A stretch of DNA of 41,791 bases from Bacteroidia bacterium. Its GTDB lineage: Bacteria > Bacteroidota > Bacteroidia > UBA10329. The notes under the pieces are model-generated. The model was given only the letters and a program-made list of their open reading frames with translations, made no database searches and was not told the origin of the DNA. Both the position numbers and the translations under genes were made by a program. The stretch lies in the NCBI GenBank assembly GCA_047636795.1, contig JBLIGB010000001.1, positions 1 through 41,791 of the forward strand, read 5' to 3'. Of the stretch, positions 17,718-26,719 are shown piece by piece (within the stretch, counting starts at the first letter, position 1; every line of letters starts with the position of its first letter).

Positions 17718-18423
17718 GCCGTATTTCCAGTTTAAGAAGTTTCGTGTTTACCATTCTGCCGGTGGGTTTAAAGTTGGTACCGATGGCGTATTGCTTGGTG
17801 CTTGGGCTCCAGCAAAGGATGGCGATTCGGTTCTGGACATTGGAACTGGGACTGGTCTTATTCCTCTCATGATTGCTCAAAGAGCGAAGGTTTCGGTTGA
17901 TATGGTTGAGATTAATCTGATTGCGTCAGATCAGGCAAAGCGGAATGTGACACATTCCCCATTTTCAAATATGATGGTTTACAATGAAGACGTTGCTCAA
18001 TTAGCGGAGCGAGGAAAGCAATACGACTTCATTGTTTGCAACCCACCGTTCTATTCGCATTCTCAGCCATCTAAAGATATATCTATTCGATTGGCGAAAC
18101 ATACGGTTACTCTAAATCCAGCAGGTCTCTTCAGGCATGCTAGCGAGCTGATGAAATCAGATGCACGTTTTGCGGTCATTTTTCCGCAGACCGAATATGA
18201 TGTGTTTTTTAGTGCCGCAAAAGCTGAAGGTTTCTTTGCCAAAGAAGTGGTGAATGTGTTCCCACAGCCAAGTTATCCTTTGATTCGATTAATGGTTCTA
18301 TTCACCAAGGAAGATGTTGGGGAACCAACCAAAACAGATTTTTTGATTGAGAAATCAGCCAGTCGTCATGATTATTCTGACGAATACAAGGAACTGACGA
18401 AGGACTATTTTTTACGCTTTTAG
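17710..18423 (+). CDS. trmN6: tRNA1(Val) (adenine(37)-N6)-methyltransferase, TrmN6/YfiC family
   Basis: FQFKKF.V......FKVGTDGVLLGAWAP, DIGTGTG, NPPFY and the C-terminal Y.DEYKELT..YFL resemble E. coli YfiC along the whole length. I prefer the ATG at 17710 (overlapping the rimM stop) to the listed TTG at 17695. Confidence 0.85.
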   Translation: MAEPYFQFKKFRVYHSAGGFKVGTDGVLLGAWAPAKDGDSVLDIGTGTGLIPLMIAQRAKVSVDMVEINLIASDQAKRNVTHSPFSNMMVYNEDVAQLAERGKQYDFIVCNPPFYSHSQPSKDISIRLAKHTVTLNPAGLFRHASELMKSDARFAVIFPQTEYDVFFSAAKAEGFFAKEVVNVFPQPSYPLIRLMVLFTKEDVGEPTKTDFLIEKSASRHDYSDEYKELTKDYFLRF

Positions 18424-18951
18424 CTCGAAGAAGCTGAAATGCACCCGCCCGTAACTTCGGGTTTGGATTAGGGTAGGTAAGGAGCTGAAGTCAACTTCCT
18501 CTGGATGTTCTACAACGAGAATTCCGCCCTCGGACAAAAGACCTTTTTCAAGAATTGTTTCTACTAATTTTGGGTAGTGCTCATAACTGTAGGGCGGATC
18601 AGCAAAAATCAAATCCCATTTCTTCTTTGCTGACTCTACAAATCGGAGCGCATCAGCTTTCATAATGGTTCCTGACTCAAATTTCAGTTCATCAAAAGTT
18701 GATTTAACAAACGCAGCACATTTAGAACTTGAATCTACACAAGTGACAGATTCTACTCCACGACTTACGAATTCGAAACTGATGTTTCCCGTTCCGCAGA
18801 AAAGGTCAAGCACATTCAATTCGTCAAAATCAACCCAGTTGTTCAGGATATTGAACAGGCCTTCTTTGGCCATGTCTGTTGTAGGGCGCACAGGTAAATT
18901 TTTTGGTGCACGAATTGTCCGTCCTTTATGATAACCGCTGATTATGCGCAT
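18412..18951 (-). CDS. rsmD: 16S rRNA (guanine966-N2)-methyltransferase RsmD
   Basis: MRIISGYHKGRTIRAPKNLPVRPTTDMAKEGLFNIL..., the GTG SAM-binding motif and DPPY are all present. Confidence 0.9.
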   Translation of the reverse strand: MRIISGYHKGRTIRAPKNLPVRPTTDMAKEGLFNILNNWVDFDELNVLDLFCGTGNISFEFVSRGVESVTCVDSSSKCAAFVKSTFDELKFESGTIMKADALRFVESAKKKWDLIFADPPYSYEHYPKLVETILEKGLLSEGGILVVEHPEEVDFSSLPTLIQTRSYGRVHFSFFELKA

Positions 18952-19784
18952 GCTGCTGCAAATATGAATGGAAACCGATGTTCGAGAATTTCCTTGAATG
19001 AATAGCTATAGATGAGGTTCTTTGGGTGTTTTCCAAAAGTTAACTTGGAGATAAATTTGGTGATTGACGTGTGGATTTTATCGCCTTTTTCCACTTTTCC
19101 ACTCAAGACAACCTCAACTTCTGAGTGTAGAATTTTCAATGTTTCCAAGGAAGCCATCAAGTAATAGAGAACATCGTCACTTTTGGAGTAATCGAACCAA
19201 TTGGAGAAGATGAGTTTGCCTTCTTTATGAATAGCCAACGTGAATTGTTTTTCGTTGAAAACAAGGTTGGCTCTCACTTTGACTGAATCGGTTGCTAATC
19301 CGTCCAACCAATTGAAGTAGGAAGTTTGAATAGGTTCTGAAACTACTTCTGCAATTCCTTTAGGAACTCCGAAAACCCCAATAGTATCTGAGTTTGAGAA
19401 CTCTTGACTTTGAATTAAAACATCATCTGATGTTCCGAATAGGAATTCGAAGTTCTTGGCTTTTTCTGTTTCTGAATAAAGGGAAGCAGGAACAAGCGTT
19501 GCTTTAGAATCAGAAATTGAGAAAGTTACTTCCGTATCGGTTACAAAAGACTCGAAGTCGTCTGAATTAATCAGGACCGAAACGTTTTTTGACCAACTGT
19601 TGTTGTCAGCCGAAAATGGAAATTGAAATGAAACAAGCTCAATTGCTTTGAAGGCCTTGTTCCGTTTTAGGACTTGAACACTGGAGCGAGAAATGTCCGC
19701 AAAAGAGAGAAGGCCGTTCTGAGCAGATTCCTGCTCATTATCGGCCTTCAAATAAAACTCTTGTTTGAAAAGGGGAGAGGACAA
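18942..19784 (-). CDS. Conserved hypothetical protein, possibly DUF3822 family
   Basis: 280 aa with no recognisable catalytic motifs. From memory, DUF3822 genes sit directly upstream of rsmD in Bacteroidota. Its 3' end overlaps the rsmD start by 10 nt. The start is TTG and is uncertain. Confidence 0.45.
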   Translation of the reverse strand: MSSPLFKQEFYLKADNEQESAQNGLLSFADISRSSVQVLKRNKAFKAIELVSFQFPFSADNNSWSKNVSVLINSDDFESFVTDTEVTFSISDSKATLVPASLYSETEKAKNFEFLFGTSDDVLIQSQEFSNSDTIGVFGVPKGIAEVVSEPIQTSYFNWLDGLATDSVKVRANLVFNEKQFTLAIHKEGKLIFSNWFDYSKSDDVLYYLMASLETLKILHSEVEVVLSGKVEKGDKIHTSITKFISKLTFGKHPKNLIYSYSFKEILEHRFPFIFAAACA

Positions 19785-19788
19785 ATCC

Positions 19789-20553
19789 TTATTCCCAGTT
19801 TCCGCTTGTTGATGGTTCAGTCATAGAACCAACTCGGAGGTCTTTTTGAGGCTCGTAGTATTCTGGTACGATACCATCAAAGATGTAGCTGTTAAGAGCA
19901 ACAACTTGAAATACAGGAACCATTACTTGTCCTTTTTCCACCATGCCACTTTCCATTGTGAACTCTTGCGTGTTTCCTGGAGGAATGAATCGTACATCAT
20001 TTATGTCACCACCTGATTTGAAAAGTGAGTCTCTTACGCTAACCATCAAAGTGTCACGGGTAACAAGCCCCATGTCCACAGCTTGTTGCTCTGTAAGTGT
20101 ATCAGGCACTGTTCCCAGTGCTTTGATTACTGGAAAAGAATCTATATTCACAAACATGATGAGTGTGTCAAAATTAGAAGCGTAAGCACGATAAACAGAT
20201 TTGTACGCAAATTGCCAATCTCTAATTTTCTTTAGTTTGGTTTCAACTTGAGCATAACGCTTTTTCTTCTCAACATTAAATTCAATAGGGGCCTGTATTG
20301 AGCGGTACGCGAAGTAAGCGGTTATAAAAGCCAATGGAAGGAAGACGAAGAATAGCCCTCTCTGAACTGCGCTACTCAGCATTCCAAGTTTCATTCCTAC
20401 GGAAAATAATCCTACCGATAGAATAAGGAGACCTCCTAAAATCCAAAATCCATTTTGACCTCCAAAAAGAGAGTAAAATAGGATAAGGAGCCCACTAATT
20501 ATTAAGAGGGCGGGGAAAATAAAATCGCTTATATTTTTGCCAATATTCTTCAT
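19789..20553 (-). CDS. Hypothetical membrane protein (about 3 N-terminal TM helices plus a soluble domain of about 170 aa)
   Basis: Hydrophobic segments: IFPALLIISGLLILFYSLF, FWILGGLLILSVGLFSV and LFFVFLPLAFITAYFAY. Its stop lies 4 nt upstream of the next gene's start. Confidence 0.6.
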   Translation of the reverse strand: MKNIGKNISDFIFPALLIISGLLILFYSLFGGQNGFWILGGLLILSVGLFSVGMKLGMLSSAVQRGLFFVFLPLAFITAYFAYRSIQAPIEFNVEKKKRYAQVETKLKKIRDWQFAYKSVYRAYASNFDTLIMFVNIDSFPVIKALGTVPDTLTEQQAVDMGLVTRDTLMVSVRDSLFKSGGDINDVRFIPPGNTQEFTMESGMVEKGQVMVPVFQVVALNSYIFDGIVPEYYEPQKDLRVGSMTEPSTSGNWE

Positions 20554-20751
20554 CAGTTATGCTGTGCTTAAATGGTCAATTTTTTGGATGCGTGTAAATC
20601 TACATTTTTTTTCAAACGGGAATGGAAACATTGTATTGCAAAACAACCAATCAGCATTGAATATTACTAAGAATTAAAGGTTGGTAAAATGTCGCATACG
20701 TCAATTGAGGGGTCATTTGGGATGTTTAACTTGCAGCCAAATGCATTCAAG

Positions 20752-23085
20752 ATGAAAAATCTTATTCCAGTTTTAATTTCTATCCTGGCTTTGTTTACTT
20801 TGTTGGCTGAGGCTCAGACCATAAAAGGCAAGATTAATGATAAGTCTAATGGCGAAACATTGATTGGCGTTAATATTTACAATCAAGATAACATTGGGTC
20901 AACAACAAATATTGATGGTGAATATAGTCTGAAGCTTACTGAGGGCGAACAAACGATTACTTACAAGTTTATTGGCTATCAGTCGTTTACAAAAAAAATT
21001 ACTCTCATCGCAGGAGAGACGGTTGAGTTTAACGCAAAGCTATCCGTTGCAAGCACCACACTAGATTTGGTGGTGGTTACGGGAAGTCAGTTCGAGACAA
21101 AGGTGAGCGATGAGATTGTTTCGGTGGATGTAATCAAAGAGTATCTTATTGAAAATACTGCATCTCCAGATTTGAAAGCTGCTGTTGGTAAGGTGCCAGG
21201 GGTTACTATTCTCGATGGTCAGGCTTCTATTCGAGGTGGTGGCGGCTATAGTTACGGAGTAGGGAGTCGGGTTCAACTCGTAATTGACGATATACCTCAG
21301 TTAACTGGAGACCTGAAGGACATACAGTGGAGTGCGATACCAATGGAAACCGTTAAGCAGATTGAAGTTGTGAAAGGATCATCAAGTGTGTTGTATGGTT
21401 CTGGTGCTATGAATGGAGTTATCCATGTTCGAACGGGTTGGGCAAAGGAGAAACCAGAAACAACTTTCAGAATCTATCAAGGTGTTTATACTAATCCAGG
21501 CGTAAAAGAGGCTAGATGGTGGGAGAATACAAAAAGCCCTCTATTTACGGGTGTTTTCTTCTCCCATAGACAAAAAGTAAAGAACTTTGATATTGTTGCT
21601 GGTGCACATGCAAGTTCGGATTTGACTTATTTAGAGAGAGGAAGTCGTCAGGCATTTCGTGGTAATGTTAAGACACGATGGATTAGCACAAAGATTAAGG
21701 GGCTTTCGTATGGATTGAATGGCTCAGTTCAATACCAGCAATCTGGAAGGTTTGTTATTTGGAATGACCATCTTGAAGGGGCATACAAACCGCTTGATGG
21801 AACTGCCAGTGCCGACAAATATCTTTTTTCAAATATAGATCCGTGGATTCAATATTCAGGGGGCAAATCAGGACTTCATTCCCTCAAGGGGCGCTATTAC
21901 AGAGTAGAAAGGAGAGATGATGATTGGGAGGGACCATCTGTCTCTAACGTCATGTACGTTGACTATCGATATCAAGATGAGTTCAGGTATAATTTTAGGG
22001 TGGCTGCAGGTATACAGTACCAGCATGTCTGGAGTTTTAGTAGCGTATACGAAGATGCAGGTAATGTCATTACTCATAACCCTGCAGTCTTCGCTCAAGT
22101 TGAAAAGCAATTCATAGATCGGATTTCAGTATTATTTGGTTTACGGAATGAATCGAATCATGTTTTAGGCCTCGGTTCTCAGACAACTTGGACTGAACTG
22201 GGAAAATCAGGGGTAAGACTTCCCTTCATTTCGCGAATGGGTGCAAACTTCAAAGTAGCCGACAAGACTAATATTCGTTTGTCCTATGGTCAGTCTTTTA
22301 GGTTTCCCAGCCTCGGTGAGAAGTTTATTGATATTAGTTTAGGCCCAGTAAGGGTTCTTCCTAACGAGGATTTGAAACCAGAGAATGGCTGGTCTGCAGA
22401 ACTTGGAGTAAAACAAGGGTTTAAAGTTTCAGGGTGGAATGCATATTTCGATTTTGCTTTTTTCTGGATGGAATTCAATGATATGGTGGAGTTTCAAGTT
22501 GATATATATGATGTGGATGGAGAACCAACACTTGGTTTCAAGCCTTCGAATGTATCAAAGGCGAGGATTGCAGGAGTCGAATTCGGTTTGACTGGAGACG
22601 GTAATTTAGGTTCAATTCCTGTAAGAACGTTTTTAGGTTACACTTTCAATTATCCGGGTGATCTTGAGGCCGATACTTCTCAGAAAAATGTTGGGGTTTA
22701 CATGCAAAACCTTTTCAGCAGTGTTGCAAATAGTGATCAACTGGTGGAAAGTAATAGTATGTTAAAGTATAGGTCACAGCATGTATTTAAAGCTGATATT
22801 GAGTTGGATCTTGGGAAATTCACAGTAGGTTACACCGCTGAGTACAACAGCTTCATGGATGTCATTGATCCAGCTTTTGAATTTTTCATTCCTGGAATTG
22901 TGGAACAAAGAGAGGCAAGTACACGGGGAGTTTGGAGAATGGATGCTCGGTTGCTTTTTAGTATATCTAAAAGTTCTAGCGTAGGACTTATCGCGAAGAA
23001 TTTTCTCAACGCGTTTTATTCCCTGAGGCCCGGAATTATGGATGCCCCTCGGAGCTTTACACTACAGTATACACTGAAGATTTAG
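20752..23085 (+). CDS. TonB-dependent receptor with an N-terminal carboxypeptidase-regulatory-like domain
   Basis: Signal peptide MKNLIPVLISILALFTLLAEAQ, then IKGKINDK.NGE.LIGVNIY (CarboxypepD_reg-like), a plug region (IEVVKGSSSVLYGSGAMNGVIHV), and a C-terminal beta-barrel ending in an aromatic-rich strand. I prefer the start at 20752 to the listed 20689. Confidence 0.85.
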   Translation: MKNLIPVLISILALFTLLAEAQTIKGKINDKSNGETLIGVNIYNQDNIGSTTNIDGEYSLKLTEGEQTITYKFIGYQSFTKKITLIAGETVEFNAKLSVASTTLDLVVVTGSQFETKVSDEIVSVDVIKEYLIENTASPDLKAAVGKVPGVTILDGQASIRGGGGYSYGVGSRVQLVIDDIPQLTGDLKDIQWSAIPMETVKQIEVVKGSSSVLYGSGAMNGVIHVRTGWAKEKPETTFRIYQGVYTNPGVKEARWWENTKSPLFTGVFFSHRQKVKNFDIVAGAHASSDLTYLERGSRQAFRGNVKTRWISTKIKGLSYGLNGSVQYQQSGRFVIWNDHLEGAYKPLDGTASADKYLFSNIDPWIQYSGGKSGLHSLKGRYYRVERRDDDWEGPSVSNVMYVDYRYQDEFRYNFRVAAGIQYQHVWSFSSVYEDAGNVITHNPAVFAQVEKQFIDRISVLFGLRNESNHVLGLGSQTTWTELGKSGVRLPFISRMGANFKVADKTNIRLSYGQSFRFPSLGEKFIDISLGPVRVLPNEDLKPENGWSAELGVKQGFKVSGWNAYFDFAFFWMEFNDMVEFQVDIYDVDGEPTLGFKPSNVSKARIAGVEFGLTGDGNLGSIPVRTFLGYTFNYPGDLEADTSQKNVGVYMQNLFSSVANSDQLVESNSMLKYRSQHVFKADIELDLGKFTVGYTAEYNSFMDVIDPAFEFFIPGIVEQREASTRGVWRMDARLLFSISKSSSVGLIAKNFLNAFYSLRPGIMDAPRSFTLQYTLKI

Positions 23086-23291
23086 CCCCGATTAGATTTT
23101 ATTCCTAACCTGACTTGAGGTGTAAGGTTCGATAGACTAAATATCTTCAATTCCAGCGGCACACTTTTGACGTGGATATCCAGAATTAGAGTTTTGGTAA
23201 GCATTTATCTTTTTTCGATACAAAATGTGTCGCGAAAAATTAAACAAACCGATTCACGTCCGTTACATCGAATGTAGGTTAGTACGATTAT

Positions 23292-24179
23292 CTAGAACCC
23301 TGGATTTGGGATTTGTATTCCTGTTTTTAAAACGGTGTGTACTAAGGAAATCATAAGTGCAAACATTAGAAAACCAAAAACTGACCAGTATTTAGACGCA
23401 GTCTGCCTTCGTATCAATTGGGTAGATCTCATTGCAAAGAACCAAATGGATAACAAACCAATGGATGCAGTTATGAATGTCATCATGTTCGGAACAATAT
23501 TCATTGGGAAAACAGAAAGTGTTATGATCACACTTCCGATTACAGGTGGGAGAATTAAATTATGCCATAAAAATCGTTGTCTGTAATGAGGAATGTCTAT
23601 TTGGTAAACCGAGGTTGCGGTTTGTAGCAATGGTTTTGCATACAAAACACCAATTATAGCAGAAAGAAGAAATCCTAAAAAAGCCATTGCAAATTTTCCG
23701 GCTGTGCTCATATACAAGTAGGCCGCTACAATGCCAAGTTCTAGGCCTAGAGAGTCAAGGCTTCGGAACTGAAAATCTGAAGCAAAAAAAGCACCCATTA
23801 ACCTTTGCGAAATAATGGTGAAGGAGAGAAAGCTCAGCCAAAGAAGCATTAGCCTAAGTGGAATTGCTGCAGTTTTTGACTTGAGATAAGCAGCGTAGAA
23901 TCCAATACCTGCAATAAGCATAACTACAATGCTAATCGAGTATGTGATTATTACACATCTAGGATACCAAGCATCTCTGTTTTCAAAACCAATATAGTCG
24001 AAGAAAAGCGTAGGTTTAAGACTGTAATGCGCAGCAGTAACTGCTATGACTAGGTCGTAAAGTACATAAATAAATAGGTACGCAAAGGCAAATAAAAAGG
24101 CAGATTCGAGTATGTCAGCCCACTTTAGTTCGTTTTTTAGTTTGAGTAAGACCTCTTCATCATTGAGAATTTCATCCAT
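23292..24179 (-). CDS. Hypothetical polytopic membrane protein (about 8 TM segments)
   Basis: Hydrophobic helices run along the whole 295 aa. I recognise no family. Confidence 0.55.
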   Translation of the reverse strand: MDEILNDEEVLLKLKNELKWADILESAFLFAFAYLFIYVLYDLVIAVTAAHYSLKPTLFFDYIGFENRDAWYPRCVIITYSISIVVMLIAGIGFYAAYLKSKTAAIPLRLMLLWLSFLSFTIISQRLMGAFFASDFQFRSLDSLGLELGIVAAYLYMSTAGKFAMAFLGFLLSAIIGVLYAKPLLQTATSVYQIDIPHYRQRFLWHNLILPPVIGSVIITLSVFPMNIVPNMMTFITASIGLLSIWFFAMRSTQLIRRQTASKYWSVFGFLMFALMISLVHTVLKTGIQIPNPGF

Positions 24180-24186
24180 TTAAAGG

Positions 24187-26538
24187 TTAGCTATTATTTG
24201 GTTTTGCTTTACCCACAATCCTGAGTTTGGCAAACTTTAATAAAAGCTGTTTGTTCCCAGCACCTTGAAATGTAACCGTAGCCTTAATGTTGGGAGCTTC
24301 ACCGTCCATTGCAATGATTTCACCTTTACCAAACTTGTCGTGAATCACTGCAGTGCCAACTATCATTCGAGCAACATGCTCGCTTGTTCCGCCACCGGTG
24401 TCTAATTCACCCGGTTCGCGACTGTCATCATACTTGGTTAGGTTCTTTGATCTTAAGTCTGTTCTGCTCACGGTTCCTTGCTGATTAGTTGTTCTTCTTA
24501 AAAGTGGCTTTTTATTCCAAGTTTGTGAAGGTACGGAATTTTCACTAATGCTTGGTTTTGAAGAGGTTACGTCTAAGTGTTTTTCAGGGATTTCATCTAT
24601 GAAACGACTAGGTTCGCTGTGAACAAGATTTCCCCACCGGAAGCGGCTTACGGCATAACTAAGGCTTACTTTCTTTTCGGCACGTGTTAAAGCCACGTAA
24701 AACAACCGTCTTTCCTCTTCCAAGTCAGGTCTGGAGCTCAAGGAGAGTTGAGATGGAAAAAGATTTTCTTCTAGTCCTACCACATATATATAAGGATACT
24801 CTAGCCCTTTTGATGCGTGAATAGTCATCAACGAAACCCTGTTGTTGTCTTCAGGATCGTTGTCTTTGTCTGCATCAGTCAAAAGAGCGATGTCGGCAGT
24901 AAACTTGTCTAACGTTTTTTCTTCGGGTTCATCAATTACTTCATCTTCGCCCGGAACATCTTCTACAAACTCTTTTAATCCGTTTAGCAATTCCTGAATG
25001 TTTTCATATCTGCTAACACCTTCGGGAGATTTATCTGCATGTAAATCCCGAATCAAACCAGATGAGGATGCAATTTTTGAACCCAGTTCATATGCATCTG
25101 TCGTACGTAATTGAATTTGAAAGCTTCGAATCATATTCGCGAAAACGTCTAATTTCTTAGCCGTTCCAGCATTAAATTGCGAGTTCAGTACTTGTGGGTC
25201 GCTGACAATCGACCAAAGGTCTTTGTTCCAATCATTGGCTAACACAATTGCTTTCTCTAATGTCGTTTTTCCAATCCCTCGCGCAGGATAGTTTATAATC
25301 CTCTTCAAAGCTTCCTCATCCTGTGGGTTGATAGCCATGCGGAAATAAGCAACCATGTCTTTAACTTCCTTGCGCTGGTAGAAACTCTGACCTCCGTAAA
25401 TCCGGTAAGGAATATTCATCTTACGCAAGCCCTCTTCAATTGATCGAGACTGCGCATTGGTTCTGTACAAGATGGCGAAATCCTTTTCCTGAACCTGCTC
25501 ATTCATCTTGGTTTCGAAGATGGAACGGGCAACAGACATACCTTCTTCGTTATCCGTTAGGTTCCGAATCACTGGTATTTTTTCACCATCCTCGTTTCCG
25601 GTCCAAACAGTTTTTTTAAGTCTGTCTTGGTTGTGTTCTATTACCCCATTTGCAGCGGCTACAATATGTTTAGTGGAGCGGTAGTTTTGCTCAAGTTTAA
25701 AGGTTTTTACGTCTGGATAATCCTTCTTGAAATTGAGTATGTTTTCAATGTTTGCGCCTCTAAAAGCGTAAATGGACTGAGCATCATCTCCAACCACACA
25801 GATGTTTTCAAACTTGGCAGCTAGTCGTTTCACAATGAGATACTGCGAATAGTTCGTATCCTGATACTCATCTACCATAATCGCTTTGAAACGGTTCTGA
25901 TATTTATTCAGAATGTCCGGAAAATCTCGAAGTAGCACGTTTGTCCAGTAAAGTAAATCGTCAAAATCCATTGCTCCGGACTTGAAAAGCCGATCTGAGT
26001 ATTTCTTGTAAACGATACCCAGTTTTGGCTTGGCGCTCATTCGATCTTCAGTGGTGAGCTCATCATTTTTCAGATACTCATTGGCCGAAATGAGATTGGT
26101 CTTGGCCGCTGAAATACGGTTTAGAACCAAGCCTGGTTTGTAGGTCTTATCATCCAGCGACTCCTCTCTAAGAATGGCTTTTATCAGGTTCTTTGAATCG
26201 GCAGAATCGTAAATGGTAAAGTTTGATGGGTAACCGATTCGCTCACTTTCAAACCGCAGAATTTTAGCAAACACAGAGTGGAACGTTCCCATCCAAATGT
26301 TCTTTGCTTCGCGACCGACCATGTTTTCAATTCGCGAACGCATTTCCTTGGCAGCCTTATTTGTAAAGGTTAGGGCTAGTATATTAAATGGGTCATAGCC
26401 GCTATTAATAAGATGTGCTACTCGGTAGGTAAGGACTCTTGTTTTTCCAGAACCGGCTCCGGCAATAATCATTACTGGGCCAGTCAATTGCTCAACAGCC
26501 CTACGTTGTTCTAAGTTCAGTTCGTTTAAATATTCCAT
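24187..26538 (-). CDS. ATP-dependent DNA helicase, UvrD/PcrA/Rep family (SF1A)
   Basis: LN..Q..AV, Walker A AGAGSGKT, motif II VDEYQDTN, TIHASKGLE, and a C-terminal Tudor-like H.KFG.G.I segment. Confidence 0.9.
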   Translation of the reverse strand: MEYLNELNLEQRRAVEQLTGPVMIIAGAGSGKTRVLTYRVAHLINSGYDPFNILALTFTNKAAKEMRSRIENMVGREAKNIWMGTFHSVFAKILRFESERIGYPSNFTIYDSADSKNLIKAILREESLDDKTYKPGLVLNRISAAKTNLISANEYLKNDELTTEDRMSAKPKLGIVYKKYSDRLFKSGAMDFDDLLYWTNVLLRDFPDILNKYQNRFKAIMVDEYQDTNYSQYLIVKRLAAKFENICVVGDDAQSIYAFRGANIENILNFKKDYPDVKTFKLEQNYRSTKHIVAAANGVIEHNQDRLKKTVWTGNEDGEKIPVIRNLTDNEEGMSVARSIFETKMNEQVQEKDFAILYRTNAQSRSIEEGLRKMNIPYRIYGGQSFYQRKEVKDMVAYFRMAINPQDEEALKRIINYPARGIGKTTLEKAIVLANDWNKDLWSIVSDPQVLNSQFNAGTAKKLDVFANMIRSFQIQLRTTDAYELGSKIASSSGLIRDLHADKSPEGVSRYENIQELLNGLKEFVEDVPGEDEVIDEPEEKTLDKFTADIALLTDADKDNDPEDNNRVSLMTIHASKGLEYPYIYVVGLEENLFPSQLSLSSRPDLEEERRLFYVALTRAEKKVSLSYAVSRFRWGNLVHSEPSRFIDEIPEKHLDVTSSKPSISENSVPSQTWNKKPLLRRTTNQQGTVSRTDLRSKNLTKYDDSREPGELDTGGGTSEHVARMIVGTAVIHDKFGKGEIIAMDGEAPNIKATVTFQGAGNKQLLLKFAKLRIVGKAKPNNS

Positions 26539-26546
26539 GCAGGGGG

Positions 26547-26554
26547 CAAAAGTA
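26547..26554 (-). promoter_or_regulatory. Bacteroidota -7 box (TACTTTTG) only 8 nt upstream of the helicase ATG
   Basis: The minus strand reads CCTACTTTTGCCCCCTGCATG, an exact TAnnTTTG match. Confidence 0.4.
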
Positions 26555-26668
26555 GGAATCGTGGATTTGTAGGCAGCATTGCCTTAGTGGATTTTGCTTT
26601 GGTTTTCAACAGAAACAGTGATAGTTTTCTTGCTTACAAGAATTAGATGGCATCATTTCTAAAAATGA

Positions 26669-26676
26669 TAACTTTG
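26669..26676 (+). promoter_or_regulatory. Bacteroidota -7 box (TAACTTTG) for the second adhesin gene
   Basis: Exact TAnnTTTG match 43 nt upstream of the ATG at 26720. Confidence 0.4.
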
Positions 26677-26719
26677 CTTTTTGGATAACAACCAACTAAA
26701 AGTTGATTTATTTGACACC

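Noticed and set aside
20689-20751. N-terminal extensions in the ORF track at 20689, and also at 26681, 30366, 38912 and 17695.
   Set aside because: In each case an internal ATG gives the canonical N-terminus: a signal peptide directly after the Met, MPTIQQL for S12, MAKFHIKK for L24. The upstream starts are TTG or other alternative codons, or they run into promoter sequence.
23086-23291. Several 7-9-mers (ccccgatta, cctaacc, ggttcga, cttcaat) shared with the palindromic element at 8161-8288.
   Set aside because: The shared words are not colinear between the two loci, and words this short are expected by chance at this window size.
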